Part shown: piece by piece, positions 27,355 to 36,525 of the stretch
Position numbering within the stretch: the first letter of the stretch is position 1
How the letters are laid out: every line of letters starts with the position of its first letter
IMG/VR virus record: IMGVR_UViG_3300018080_000117
Coordinates: 1 to 64,000 of that record
Direction: 5' to 3' (one strand)
DNA: 64,000 nucleotides
DNA from: a virus
Translations under genes and position numbers: made by a program
Notes under the pieces: model-generated
Seen by the model: only the letters and a program-made list of their open reading frames with translations
Told to the model about the DNA's origin: nothing
Databases searched by the model: none

Positions 27355-29835
27355 CTAAAGGTCAACAGCGCGAATTCTAACTAAGTGCACGGTAAACGGG
27401 TTCATCGTCAAAGACAAGCTCATGCTTCCCGATCTTACCGTCTTGATTTCCTTTGTGGCGGGTTGTACAGCACCATAACTTTTTATGATCCGCACCCCCT
27501 CTAGCAAATCCCAAGACAATCCGGAAAAACTTACTCCAGAAGCGCCTAAGGAAATATCGGTGTTGTCAACGTCGTAGTACCAAACCGCGTACGTACCCTT
27601 AGCCAGTCCAGTCAAGTCTAAAGACGTGGTACGGGTTAGGATGTCAAAGTTTACGCTTAGAACCGAAATATCTCGTCCGGAAAGGCTAGAAGTAACAATC
27701 GTATCTAAATGCTCTGCCGTTGTCGCGCTTGCTACAACCGTCGGGTGCAAAAACGAATAGAACTGAAATACTTGGTGCAGCGGAGTAAACTCCGTCAACG
27801 TGTAATCGGTGAAGTTGTTGTCTGGACAAGTAACGTCGGCAGTAGAAGTAAAGTTAACCAAGGCATTCGTTGCAGAGGCAAATCCTGCAGCATTCCAAAA
27901 AAAGAACATATCAACGCCTTCGGCCAAAAGCTTATTCACTACTGTGGCAACGTAAGCGGCTTGCCATTGATCTCCGGGGTCGTTGTCAATGTCGTTGCTA
28001 GGACACGCCTCAAGTGCACCTGTTGTTCCTCGACCAAACTCCTCGATAACTACTTCGGCACTTGTGTACCCTGCGTCATCTAAGTAAGTTCGTGTGTTCT
28101 CGTACGTCCTAAACACTTCACGAGGATCACAACTGTAGCGGTGCACACTCATAAAATCCATTGGGCTATTTGCAGGAAGCTGTGAAAGAAAAGCAGGTAT
28201 CCACGTGGCTGAAGGAAACGCATCGTTGCAGGACAAATAGCACGGATCGCCATACCCACCTATCTTTGTGTCAGCTCGTACTTTAGGAGCGAGCGCTTCG
28301 GCAGACTCATTGTAGAAGGTGTAGAAGCTAGATGCGTCTGTAGGATCCCAAAAATACCCTAAGGGCTCGTTCGGCTCATTACCAATACTCCACCACTCGA
28401 TTTGGTGGAAGTGTCGAATCATGTAATTTAGTACGCTAGCCCATTGGGTATAGTTCGCAGGAGGAGAAATATTCCAACGGATATTAGTTGCCGCCGCAGC
28501 ATAAGCCGGGGAAAAGTCACCTTGGTCAGAAGCTAAGCACAATTCTGGAGTGGGCCCGCCTTGCCTACAATCAGAAGTAGGTTGTCGAGGAACTGTCTCT
28601 ACAGTCATGTACGCATCAACTTTCATCGTAAAAACAGTGTCCATAAAATCATCCAAACCTAACCCAGCGTCGTAGGTTTCCCCTGCCAAGGTATCGGTTG
28701 CAGCAATTAAGTTATTACCTGGACAGGTGTACATCGCCACGGGGTAGAGCCCTTGTGAAAAATCGATCGTCTCCAAAGCCCGGTCGTATTTTAGTCGGTC
28801 CATGGGAAATGTCATTCGGATCATCGGTCGCTGGCTTTGATGGGGGTTAGTCGCAGCAAACGCCGCTAAGCTAGCAAAGTCATCTCCCGAATAAAGATCT
28901 CCGGATCGTTTTACCCCCACCGAGCCTGGAGTAAAGATGTTCAAGCCGATCATAGGTACGTGGTTTAGGGTTTGCGCAACCGTAGAAGTATCGATTGCGA
29001 TTGTCGGGCTTTGCGTTTTGCAGTACCCGTCAGTGTCAGCGGAGTAGATGTTAGAAATTGCAGCAGCGCTTAGCGCGTCATTGTGGATCAAAACCTCGTC
29101 GACGTATCCAATAAAGTACCCAAAGCTACCGCCTCCAATACCACCAGTGTCGCCAAAAAAGTAACCGCCAACTATTCCTGGATGCAAGGTAACGCCATCT
29201 GCATTTGATCGAGTTCTCGTATCTACGCTGCTACCATTGACGTAAAGCTCGTATTCTGTATTAGCTCCCTGATCGTCTACCGTAACAGCGACATGGGTGT
29301 AGTTTGCGTCACTAATCGCAGCTTCATAAACAAGCATTGCAGGCATCCAGTTGCCTGCGTGTTCGTAAACAGAAATTCCATTAGTTCCAACCGAAACACC
29401 TACCGTAGCCTCGAACGGACCTACTAAACAATTTCCCGAGTACAGACAATCGCCCTGCGGGGGCCACAGAGCATAATTTTGTCCTTCCGTACCCGCAACA
29501 TCGGAGCTTCCTGGATCTCCGTATTCAATATCGATGTCGTGTGTCGTAGTGGGCTTGACCCACATTTCCAGCGTAAAACTTGTTCCGACCGCACTTACTT
29601 CGTCGCAATTGACGTACAGGCTCGTCGAGCCGGTAAAGTCAAAACCCTTGCCTACCTTAGCAGCGGGAAATGCGATCGAACCCGTGCCCTCAATTTTCCC
29701 GTCGTTAGCTCCTGCACTATCTAAGTAGGTGTCGTTTCCTGACCACCAATTAGTCGCAGTTGACGGAAGGGTTAGGCAAGCAGCAAAAACAACTCGGGAA
29801 ATTAGAAGTGCAGTGAAAAAGGCTAGAGTCTTCAT
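27355..29835 (-). CDS. Secreted LamG + GH39-like (clan GH-A) glycoside hydrolase
   Basis: Signal-peptide-like MKTLAFFTALLISRVVFAA, a LamG domain, WSIGNEPN (acid/base), DFMSVHRY and IEEFG (nucleophile). Confidence 0.75.
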   Translation of the reverse strand: MKTLAFFTALLISRVVFAACLTLPSTATNWWSGNDTYLDSAGANDGKIEGTGSIAFPAAKVGKGFDFTGSTSLYVNCDEVSAVGTSFTLEMWVKPTTTHDIDIEYGDPGSSDVAGTEGQNYALWPPQGDCLYSGNCLVGPFEATVGVSVGTNGISVYEHAGNWMPAMLVYEAAISDANYTHVAVTVDDQGANTEYELYVNGSSVDTRTRSNADGVTLHPGIVGGYFFGDTGGIGGGSFGYFIGYVDEVLIHNDALSAAAISNIYSADTDGYCKTQSPTIAIDTSTVAQTLNHVPMIGLNIFTPGSVGVKRSGDLYSGDDFASLAAFAATNPHQSQRPMIRMTFPMDRLKYDRALETIDFSQGLYPVAMYTCPGNNLIAATDTLAGETYDAGLGLDDFMDTVFTMKVDAYMTVETVPRQPTSDCRQGGPTPELCLASDQGDFSPAYAAAATNIRWNISPPANYTQWASVLNYMIRHFHQIEWWSIGNEPNEPLGYFWDPTDASSFYTFYNESAEALAPKVRADTKIGGYGDPCYLSCNDAFPSATWIPAFLSQLPANSPMDFMSVHRYSCDPREVFRTYENTRTYLDDAGYTSAEVVIEEFGRGTTGALEACPSNDIDNDPGDQWQAAYVATVVNKLLAEGVDMFFFWNAAGFASATNALVNFTSTADVTCPDNNFTDYTLTEFTPLHQVFQFYSFLHPTVVASATTAEHLDTIVTSSLSGRDISVLSVNFDILTRTTSLDLTGLAKGTYAVWYYDVDNTDISLGASGVSFSGLSWDLLEGVRIIKSYGAVQPATKEIKTVRSGSMSLSLTMNPFTVHLVRIRAVDL

Positions 29836-29931
29836 GCATCCCTCTCTTTTGTTTTTCTGAGAGGGTACCACAAAGATCGATTAACTTATTTCTGGCTTTC
29901 TTTCAACACGTACGTAATTTTTTTCAATTCT

Positions 29932-30139
29932 TCAAGGTCCTAGATCCTCGTGGGAAGATACGTTTAACTTAGAATCCAGTTTTTTGTATGGGAACTGGTA
30001 AAGTTTGAAGAATTTGTTTAGGTACGTACCCTTACTTGTAGCTTCCAAAAAGTCTTGGTAAACTTCCTCTGGAACATCGCTGTATTCATAACAGTAACTC
30101 GTCAAACTCCTGATCTGTCATCTTTGAATAATCCGTCAT
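29932..30139 (-). pseudogene. Deletion fusion: unrelated N-terminus joined out of frame to the C-terminal half of a KTSC domain
   Basis: MTDYSKMTDQEFDELLL* from 30139. Another frame gives YEYSDVPEEVYQDFLEATSKGTYLNK, the KTSC pattern, lacking its N-terminal half. Confidence 0.65.
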
Positions 30140-30627
30140 TTCAAACCCTCTCTTTTCTCTAATTCACACCACCAAATTGGTTTCGATCTTCCTTTTTCCC
30201 ATCGGGCAAAATGTTTCTTCTCACTCCAATAATAACATCGATAAGCATAAACCGGATTGATGTTTCGATATTGATCCGGCATCGCCTGTGCCGGTACACT
30301 AAATATATCCGAATCCACCATCCCATCGGGAATCACAACCAAGTAGCCTTGCAACACTCTTCGGCAAGCATGAGGTTTCCCGTAACGAAAATAAAATTCA
30401 TCTGCCAAAGCCATCGCGTATTTGTACAACCACAAATAATTCTGCCGACACTTGCGCGCCCACAGACTACATGGATGATTGTAGTGCGTGCGTCGATAGG
30501 GCACGTTCTCTTGCGGATGGCAATTGCAAAGCAACTGAGTTGCTTCGATCAGCATTTTGTTAACGTGCTTATCGCAAAGCATTTGAGCAGCGGCAACTGG
30601 GGCTGCGTCGAGAAAAAAAATATTCAC
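30136..30627 (-). CDS. Pyrimidine-dimer DNA glycosylase/endonuclease V-like protein
   Basis: (M)NIFFLD..P...A...CDKHVNKM..E..QLL, THYNHPC and QAMPDQY motifs. GTG start at 30627. Confidence 0.8.
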   Translation of the reverse strand: MNIFFLDAAPVAAAQMLCDKHVNKMLIEATQLLCNCHPQENVPYRRTHYNHPCSLWARKCRQNYLWLYKYAMALADEFYFRYGKPHACRRVLQGYLVVIPDGMVDSDIFSVPAQAMPDQYRNINPVYAYRCYYWSEKKHFARWEKGRSKPIWWCELEKREGLK

Positions 30628-30718
30628 GATCCGTCCCCTTTGAAGCGACCTGCTTTGTATCACACCCCCATCCAACACGTAGCGCCAACAATCCGCCTGC
30701 GTTTTTAGATTTGTCATT

Positions 30719-31384
30719 CTAGGAGTCTTCTTTTAACAAGTCTTCTGCCGCACGACTGCCTAGCTTCGTAACCGTGTACCGATAAGCCTCGTCAAACTCA
30801 ACAAGAAACTTAGTTTTTAGCCTTCCTAAAAGATGCCTGGCCCATTCTCTACACCGAATAGATGCGTTCGGTCCCACCGGATTATGACCAGTGACGGTAC
30901 TGTACAAATTCTTTCCTAACTCAGCGGCAGTAACAGGGCTTTGCAAGTCGTAGAGATAGGTCAACACTTTTGCTTCCGAAGGGCCTATGTAAAACCCCAC
31001 CGAAGGCAGCCAGATACGGTTAGAAACCTTTACGGCTCTTGGTTTTCGATGGCGTTTGATGCTTTGCGCAACCCTACGCAAAGCCTTCTTCAGAGCCTCG
31101 TACTTTCGATCTGCGGGCCGCTCTGTAATTTTAGGGGTGGTGGGTAGTAACCTTATGGGAGGAGGAGCCTGGCACCCCTCAGGAACAAGATAGTGACCTA
31201 AGGTATTTTCGTACCTACCTCCTTTGAGCCACCAGACGGACCCATCTGCTAAAGTAAGCTTCGACCCATCGTTGTGGGCAATCATCGCCTTACTTTTTAG
31301 AGTTTGGTGCTTACGTGTCCGGATCTCGACAAACGCCTTGTCCTCATAACCTTTTGGCCTGTCGGCGGAATTGCTATTGCTCAT
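30719..31384 (-). CDS. Hypothetical protein with C-terminal winged-helix-like region
   Basis: EAKVLTYL...VTAAELG...L.RLKTKFLV...YTVTKLG. Start is uncertain. Confidence 0.5.
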   Translation of the reverse strand: MSNSNSADRPKGYEDKAFVEIRTRKHQTLKSKAMIAHNDGSKLTLADGSVWWLKGGRYENTLGHYLVPEGCQAPPPIRLLPTTPKITERPADRKYEALKKALRRVAQSIKRHRKPRAVKVSNRIWLPSVGFYIGPSEAKVLTYLYDLQSPVTAAELGKNLYSTVTGHNPVGPNASIRCREWARHLLGRLKTKFLVEFDEAYRYTVTKLGSRAAEDLLKEDS

Positions 31385-31665
31385 TGGTCTTCTCTTCTGC
31401 AATTCGGCACAAGGCGTAGCCTGCGATGTCTTTCCAAGGGTCCTCGCCAAACGCTTGTTTGTGGTGGGAGATCCTAGATATTTTTTCTAGGACACGAGCG
31501 ATCATTACAAAGTCTAAGTACTGGTTTGGTTCCACTTTTTCGGCGTACAGATCTCTTAAGATCTTGTTCACAAAACCGTATGCGCTACCGTAGGACTCAT
31601 TTTTTTGGCTGATAAACTTGCCTATTTGTTCTGCAACCTCGACAATAGCCTTAGAGCGATTCATG
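31374..31665 (-). CDS. Nucleotide-modification-associated (DUF1599/MazG-like) protein
   Basis: KNESYG.A...KISRI...EDPWKDIAGYA motif. Confidence 0.6.
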
Positions 31666-31893
31666 ATCATTTTCCTCAACACGCCGTTCAACGTAGACAC
31701 CTTCTTCGAGTTTCATTTGGGTAACAACCTTGCCGTTGACGCAAAGGTACACGACTTCTCCCTTATCTAACGCCTCCTGGGCTTTTTCGTAGAGCTTCTG
31801 GTCAAGGCACCGAACATTGGCCTCCTTGTCTCTTTCCAGGAGCAGACCGTTTGACCAATCGATAAAATTTCTTCTATTTAGTTTGTAGGGCAT
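31651..31893 (-). CDS. Hypothetical protein
   Basis: 80 aa, GAGG RBS. Confidence 0.6.
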   Translation of the reverse strand: MPYKLNRRNFIDWSNGLLLERDKEANVRCLDQKLYEKAQEALDKGEVVYLCVNGKVVTQMKLEEGVYVERRVEENDHESL

Positions 31894-31951
31894 TGCTTGT
31901 CCTCATAATCTAAATAATTTTACCGGGTTTCGGTTTAGGAGTGGGGGTAGA

Positions 31952-32236
31952 CTAGCCAATGGCTTTTAGGACTTGGATCAGATCCTCGATTCGGCTGAAT
32001 TCGACACGATGGCCTGCCGGTGTGTGAAGAACTAAGGGGCCTTTTGATTTTGTCAACGGGACAGGTTCAGCGTTTTCCTGCTGCTGCTTTTCCCACGTCC
32101 TCAATGTGATGTAGGGCAGACCTAACTTTGCCGCTGCCTGCTGCGCTGCTACACCGTCTGCCTTGAGTTTTCGGTAGCGTTTTACGAGTTCCGCTTTTTG
32201 TTCTGGTGTTTTGTTGTTTCTTTTTTTCACTTTCAT
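31952..32236 (-). CDS. Small HTH protein
   Basis: TPEQKAELV...AAAKLGLPYITLRTW HTH pattern, GGAGG RBS. Confidence 0.65.
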   Translation of the reverse strand: MKVKKRNNKTPEQKAELVKRYRKLKADGVAAQQAAAKLGLPYITLRTWEKQQQENAEPVPLTKSKGPLVLHTPAGHRVEFSRIEDLIQVLKAIG

Positions 32237-32247
32237 AAGGGTACCTC

Positions 32248-32433
32248 CTAACGTTTTACCACGTCCAACAAACGAGAAAACCGATAAACAACATCTAATA
32301 TTTCTTTTGCAGATTCATCCCCATTCTTTGCTTGTTTTTCTACTTGCTCTAAAAAAGCGCGAAGTTGAACAAAGCAGTCACCCCCATCGGCACCAGAAAA
32401 AACATCAGTAATTTTTTGCAGAGAAGTTTTCAT
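32248..32433 (-). CDS. Hypothetical protein
   Basis: 61 aa, GGAGG RBS. Confidence 0.55.
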   Translation of the reverse strand: MKTSLQKITDVFSGADGGDCFVQLRAFLEQVEKQAKNGDESAKEILDVVYRFSRLLDVVKR

Positions 32434-32531
32434 TAGGCTTACCTCCTACCTATGATCGTAGTAAATCGCATCGATTCAAAACAGCAAAGTCAACATCCAA
32501 CCATCTGGCTTGGCAACAGGTTCGAAGCGAA

Positions 32532-33605
32532 TCATCCCTCGCCCCCGTCAGCCGCTTCATGCTTGACGACCCATCGTGGCCAGAACGAATCGTGGCCAGC
32601 CAAAGTTCGAATGAGTTCTCGCAATGTAACGCTGTTGTCCTGCAAATCGAGCAGGAACACCCCGTCACGTTCCTCTTCGAAGATCAGCTCAATTGAGGCA
32701 AGAACCAGCGGCGAGTGTGTAGCGGTAATAAGTTGCGTCTTGGCGTTGTGCTCTCCAGTCAGGGCTTCCATCACTTCGAGCAAGGCCGGGACTACGCGTC
32801 GCTGCCATTCTGGATGCAGATGGGCTTCTACCTCGTCGATGAGGAAGATAATCTCTGAGACAGGTGTCTCGCCACGAAGCTTGCACGCCTCCAAATGCTC
32901 TTGCCAAGTCCAGACCAAAAGATAGGCCAGGGCCACTACTCGGCGCATACCAGCCGAGGCGTGGATGAGGGCGACGTCCTCGCCATAGGGCATCTTCAGG
33001 GTTGGGTACCTTTTCGGATCATCCAGAGAAACCTTGCGAAGATCCCCGGGGATGAGCTGTGATGGTGAGAGCGACTTCAGAACGCTCTTGAGCTGTTGAA
33101 AAGCCTCTCCGTCTTCTCTTTGCCAAGATGCCCAATCACGAATGAGGCCTTCGCAGAGGTCGTTGCCTTCCCAGACCTGGTCGGAAGTGAAAAGATAGGA
33201 CTTAGGACGATCTGAATCATCTTTTTTCCAATAGTTGCGAGCGGGATCCCAGACCGAGAACCCGCCGTCGACCTGGGCGTAGATCACCATACTCGGAATA
33301 GGCGGGCGGCCTCGCTTGACGCTCCACTCTTCGCTTTCACGATCAAACGTGCTTGTGTAGTCGTACGTCCCACCGGCCTTCGCTTTGTAACGATAACTAA
33401 TGCTCGGTCTTGCAAGTGGAGGATGAGGCACCATGGGAAGGCGCGCCCAGGTGCAAGTGAGCGCCCACCATGCGACATCAAGAAGAAAAGTCTTGCCGAG
33501 CCCATTGTCCCCAGCGAGAAAGTTCAAACGCTCTTTGAAGTCGATCTTGAGCGATGGCGCTGGGCCGACGTTTTGAAACTTCAGTGATTCAAGCTGTTTG
33601 CTCAT
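32532..33605 (-). CDS. AAA_21/ABC-type ATPase (defence-associated type), probably C-terminally shortened
   Basis: Walker A GDNGLGKT, signature SAGMRR, Walker B LIDEVEAHLHP.WQR and H-loop ATHSP. Start MSKQ at 33605. GC is higher than the flanks. Confidence 0.85.
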   Translation of the reverse strand: MSKQLESLKFQNVGPAPSLKIDFKERLNFLAGDNGLGKTFLLDVAWWALTCTWARLPMVPHPPLARPSISYRYKAKAGGTYDYTSTFDRESEEWSVKRGRPPIPSMVIYAQVDGGFSVWDPARNYWKKDDSDRPKSYLFTSDQVWEGNDLCEGLIRDWASWQREDGEAFQQLKSVLKSLSPSQLIPGDLRKVSLDDPKRYPTLKMPYGEDVALIHASAGMRRVVALAYLLVWTWQEHLEACKLRGETPVSEIIFLIDEVEAHLHPEWQRRVVPALLEVMEALTGEHNAKTQLITATHSPLVLASIELIFEEERDGVFLLDLQDNSVTLRELIRTLAGHDSFWPRWVVKHEAADGGEG

Positions 33606-33906
33606 TCCTTGCCCTCCACAATGCGCTGTGCGTCGCCCCATTCTTTGCCATATTTCCAATCCAAATCTTGGCAGCAATCCCGCAAATCTCTGATCAGCCA
33701 AATGGCCACAGCCAGGCGGGCCCTGAGGTCGTCATCTTCACCAAAACAACGACCGCACATGATGTTGGCCGCAGGCTCCCTGCCGCAACGGTGGCATCTA
33801 GCAAATACCTTTTTGTCAACGTCAACACAATGGTTCATGCCGTACAGCCTCTCGCAGATTTGCCTCACGCAAATCAGTCCAACACAGATCAGCCTCTCGC
33901 AGATGA

Positions 33907-34425
33907 TCATATTCTCACCCCACATTCTTTGGCTATCATCTCCCACAGCTCCCAAAGGGGTTTGGCTGGCCCAGGCGACCATAGCCTTTTTTTCTCTTTG
34001 AAAAGCACAACACGATCCTTCCCGCCCATGCGCAGTGGGCAGGACCCGCCATTCGTCCAATCGTTCATCAACGCCTCTCCGTTCGGCAACGCAGACGCGT
34101 CAAGCCTCATCAACTCAACAGTCAGATCGTCTGATAATTCTCCCCAACTTGCCATCATTATCTGCACCACAGAATACCCAGCCCCACGCAGGTCGGCATC
34201 ATGCATATAGGCTCCACGCAGATCAGCACCGATAAAAGAAGAATCACGCAAATCAGCCCGACACAGATTGACTCTACGCAGATCAGCCTCTCGCAGATCA
34301 GCCTCTCGCAGATCAACCTCTCGCAGATCAACCTTTCGCAAATCAGCCCAACACAGATTGACTCCACGCAAGACAGCCTTTCGCAGGTTGGCTCCTGGCT
34401 TGATTTCATATCCGTTGATGATCAT
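33907..34425 (-). CDS. Pentapeptide repeat protein
   Basis: Tandem A(D/N)LR(E/K/G) repeats with a visible 15-bp periodicity. Confidence 0.9.
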   Translation of the reverse strand: MIINGYEIKPGANLRKAVLRGVNLCWADLRKVDLREVDLREADLREADLRRVNLCRADLRDSSFIGADLRGAYMHDADLRGAGYSVVQIMMASWGELSDDLTVELMRLDASALPNGEALMNDWTNGGSCPLRMGGKDRVVLFKEKKRLWSPGPAKPLWELWEMIAKECGVRI

Positions 34426-34429
34426 ATTC

Positions 34430-34816
34430 TCACCTCAACGTAGCAAACACCTTGCCGTCACCCTCTACACCAAAATAACCTTCTCCCGAATGAAAATCCT
34501 CAGTGGGGCCAAAAGCGGCTAGCCACCACTTCACGGCTTCCAAAGAGGTTTCCGCAGAAACGGTTTGTTCAATTTGCAGCCCAACCAACTTGCCCTCCAC
34601 AAAGGTGAAGGTGTTTTCTTCCCCGGCAACGTCGGTTGTTAGGTCTTGACCTTTCTGATCTTCGATAAGGCACACGTACCGCCCATTGACGGGATCTTGC
34701 CGGTTACACAGTTTTGAAAACGTGTACATCCTCTTGACTTGTTTTGGGCTTTGACCCCAGGAGACACCCTGGTGAAAAGGTGCTGCTACCAACGCTACCA
34801 AAATAAGTGCTTGCAT
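34430..34816 (-). CDS. Putative exported protein
   Basis: Hydrophobic N-terminus MQALILVALVAA, GGAGG RBS. Confidence 0.65.
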   Translation of the reverse strand: MQALILVALVAAPFHQGVSWGQSPKQVKRMYTFSKLCNRQDPVNGRYVCLIEDQKGQDLTTDVAGEENTFTFVEGKLVGLQIEQTVSAETSLEAVKWWLAAFGPTEDFHSGEGYFGVEGDGKVFATLR

Positions 34817-34835
34817 TTTTCCCTCCTAGTAAACC

Positions 34836-34916
34836 TTAGTAAAGTTTACTAAAGAAGGTCACTAGTAGTAAAGTATTTTTTGTGGCTAGATTACAAGTCC
34901 GGATTATTGTTGTAAA
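34836..34916 (-). promoter_or_regulatory. Sigma70-like promoter with downstream palindromic operator
   Basis: TTTACA-N17-TAATCT (34916 to 34888) and a perfect palindrome TTAGTAAA-G-TTTACTAA at 34836-34852. Confidence 0.5.
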
Positions 34917-35051
34917 AAATAGTGCCCGAAAAAGCGGCTTTGCTTGTGTGTGCCCAAGTGACTTTTGCAGTTAATCAAAAAAAACACGAAGCGGCTTTTA
35001 TCGAGCACTTTCTGAAAAATAACTTGTCGGCAAAAGACCGTCAAATTAAAA

Positions 35052-35261
35052 TTACAGTTTGGAGCCTTTTTCTTCTAGTATTTTTGCGGTCCCTGCCTTT
35101 ATTTCCTGAAGAGTTTGACGGGGGAGCATATTTCCTACGTAGATTTTAGAGCCCGCTGAGAACTTGACCAGATAAAAAGTCAATCCTCTGTCCCTAGCGT
35201 AGGTTTCAGCCTTTCGGCGCTGTCGTTTGTTGTCTGCAGGAAACCAGCGAGAAGCGGGCAT
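35052..35261 (-). CDS. Hypothetical protein
   Basis: 69 aa, AAGGA RBS. Confidence 0.55.
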   Translation of the reverse strand: MPASRWFPADNKRQRRKAETYARDRGLTFYLVKFSAGSKIYVGNMLPRQTLQEIKAGTAKILEEKGSKL

Positions 35262-35270
35262 TCATAATCC

Positions 35271-35783
35271 TTACGTAAAAAGCGCCATTAGAAAATTGAA
35301 AAACTGTTGCTTGGGCACCTCAAGGGTCATTTTTACCATTGCGTTATTGGTGCTTTCAACCTGCAACGTCAAGGTCTCTTCAATGTTGCGTGGCTTACTT
35401 GGACTAATATTCGCGGGGGGAGTAACCTTTTTGCGTGCGCCTTTTTCAACTTGCTTCTCAGCTTCCGCTTTGACGTTAGAGTCAATAACCGGGGTTCTCT
35501 TCGGTGCCCCGGTTTTACCCTGACCCACCGTATCTGGGATTCCCAACGTTTTACGAAGAGCAGCATCGATTTGTTTTTGAGTGCGTTTAGATTTGACCTT
35601 TACCGGCAAAGGCCGATCCAAACGCACCAACCGTGCTAAGTGGTGCCCCGGAGGAAGATCCACGTTATGCCTTTCTCGCAACAAAGACACAATTTTCCCC
35701 CACCGAGTTCCTTCTTTTTGAAGCACTAGTGCCTCGTTTTTGATTGTTGCCCACATGTCATAAGTAAGTTCCTTGTAGTGCAT
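35271..35783 (-). CDS. Basic hypothetical protein
   Basis: Likely start MHYKEL after GGAGG. Lys-rich. Confidence 0.6.
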   Translation of the reverse strand: MHYKELTYDMWATIKNEALVLQKEGTRWGKIVSLLRERHNVDLPPGHHLARLVRLDRPLPVKVKSKRTQKQIDAALRKTLGIPDTVGQGKTGAPKRTPVIDSNVKAEAEKQVEKGARKKVTPPANISPSKPRNIEETLTLQVESTNNAMVKMTLEVPKQQFFNFLMALFT

Positions 35784-36025
35784 TCTTCTACCTCCAAAAA
35801 GTCCCTGCGTGCTTGCTGTAAGATGTTCCAAAAATGTTCGTAAGGTACGCCTAAGCTTTTACAGATCGAACTTGTTGCAGCAACAATGCCTGCAGCAAGA
35901 GGGTATAGGTACTTAGCCTCGATGTAGGTCTCGGCAGTAAGAATTCCAACAGCCACACTTTTAGCGTAGCTCTCAAACTCTTTTTTCGTTGCATCTCGAT
36001 CTTTCAAAAGAAGCTCCCTGCACAA
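35726..36025 (-). CDS. Hypothetical protein
   Basis: 99-aa ORF overlapping its neighbours. Start is uncertain. Confidence 0.45.
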   Translation of the reverse strand: MCRELLLKDRDATKKEFESYAKSVAVGILTAETYIEAKYLYPLAAGIVAATSSICKSLGVPYEHFWNILQQARRDFLEVEECTTRNLLMTCGQQSKTRH

Positions 36026-36380
36026 CCGCCGCGTGACCGCAAGAGGTTTGGCTGTTCACATACTCAACCATATTAGGATTTCTGTTTATTACACAATCAA
36101 CGAACTTCTTGATATCGCTCTTCACAAATTTATAAGCGAGGTAAACTTGTTCCCCGCGAATATTCATGTCATCGAGGTGAAAAAGCACCTCGATCATTTC
36201 CACCAAATCCGCTTGTAACTGCGTAAGGACAGATAGGGCCCCAGGATTGCCTTCGCTCATCAAAAGCAACAAGTCTTTGACGGACATATCGGGAGTTATG
36301 GATTCCCGCGCTGCTACCAAACCTTCATTTTTTTCGGAGCCCATTAAACAAATTCCTTCTCTTGAAGTTTTCAATCGCAT
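35973..36380 (-). CDS. Conserved phage hypothetical protein
   Basis: MSEGNPGALSVL...LDDMNIRG motif seen in phage proteins (from recall). Confidence 0.6.
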   Translation of the reverse strand: MRLKTSREGICLMGSEKNEGLVAARESITPDMSVKDLLLLMSEGNPGALSVLTQLQADLVEMIEVLFHLDDMNIRGEQVYLAYKFVKSDIKKFVDCVINRNPNMVEYVNSQTSCGHAAVVQGASFERSRCNEKRV

Positions 36381-36457
36381 ACCGCAGTGCCCGAAAACTA
36401 ACTTAGTTTTATCTAGTAGTCAATTGGAAAACACCAGGGCCCTGGCGTCCCGTACTT

Positions 36458-36513
36458 TGCATCTTAGTGCATTATTGCCTGCTCTGAACAGCAAGAATCT
36501 GCACTAAGATGCA
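36458..36513. repeat. Perfect 14-bp inverted repeat hairpin
   Basis: TGCATCTTAGTGCA (36458-36471) and TGCACTAAGATGCA (36500-36513). Confidence 0.9.
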
Positions 36514-36525
36514 TCATCTCCGCGA

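Noticed and set aside
34158-34522. ICERL, SQISL and RRSAS repeat ORFs, and a possible CRISPR-like repeat
   Set aside because: These are alternate frames of the 15-bp pentapeptide periodicity, with no unique spacers.
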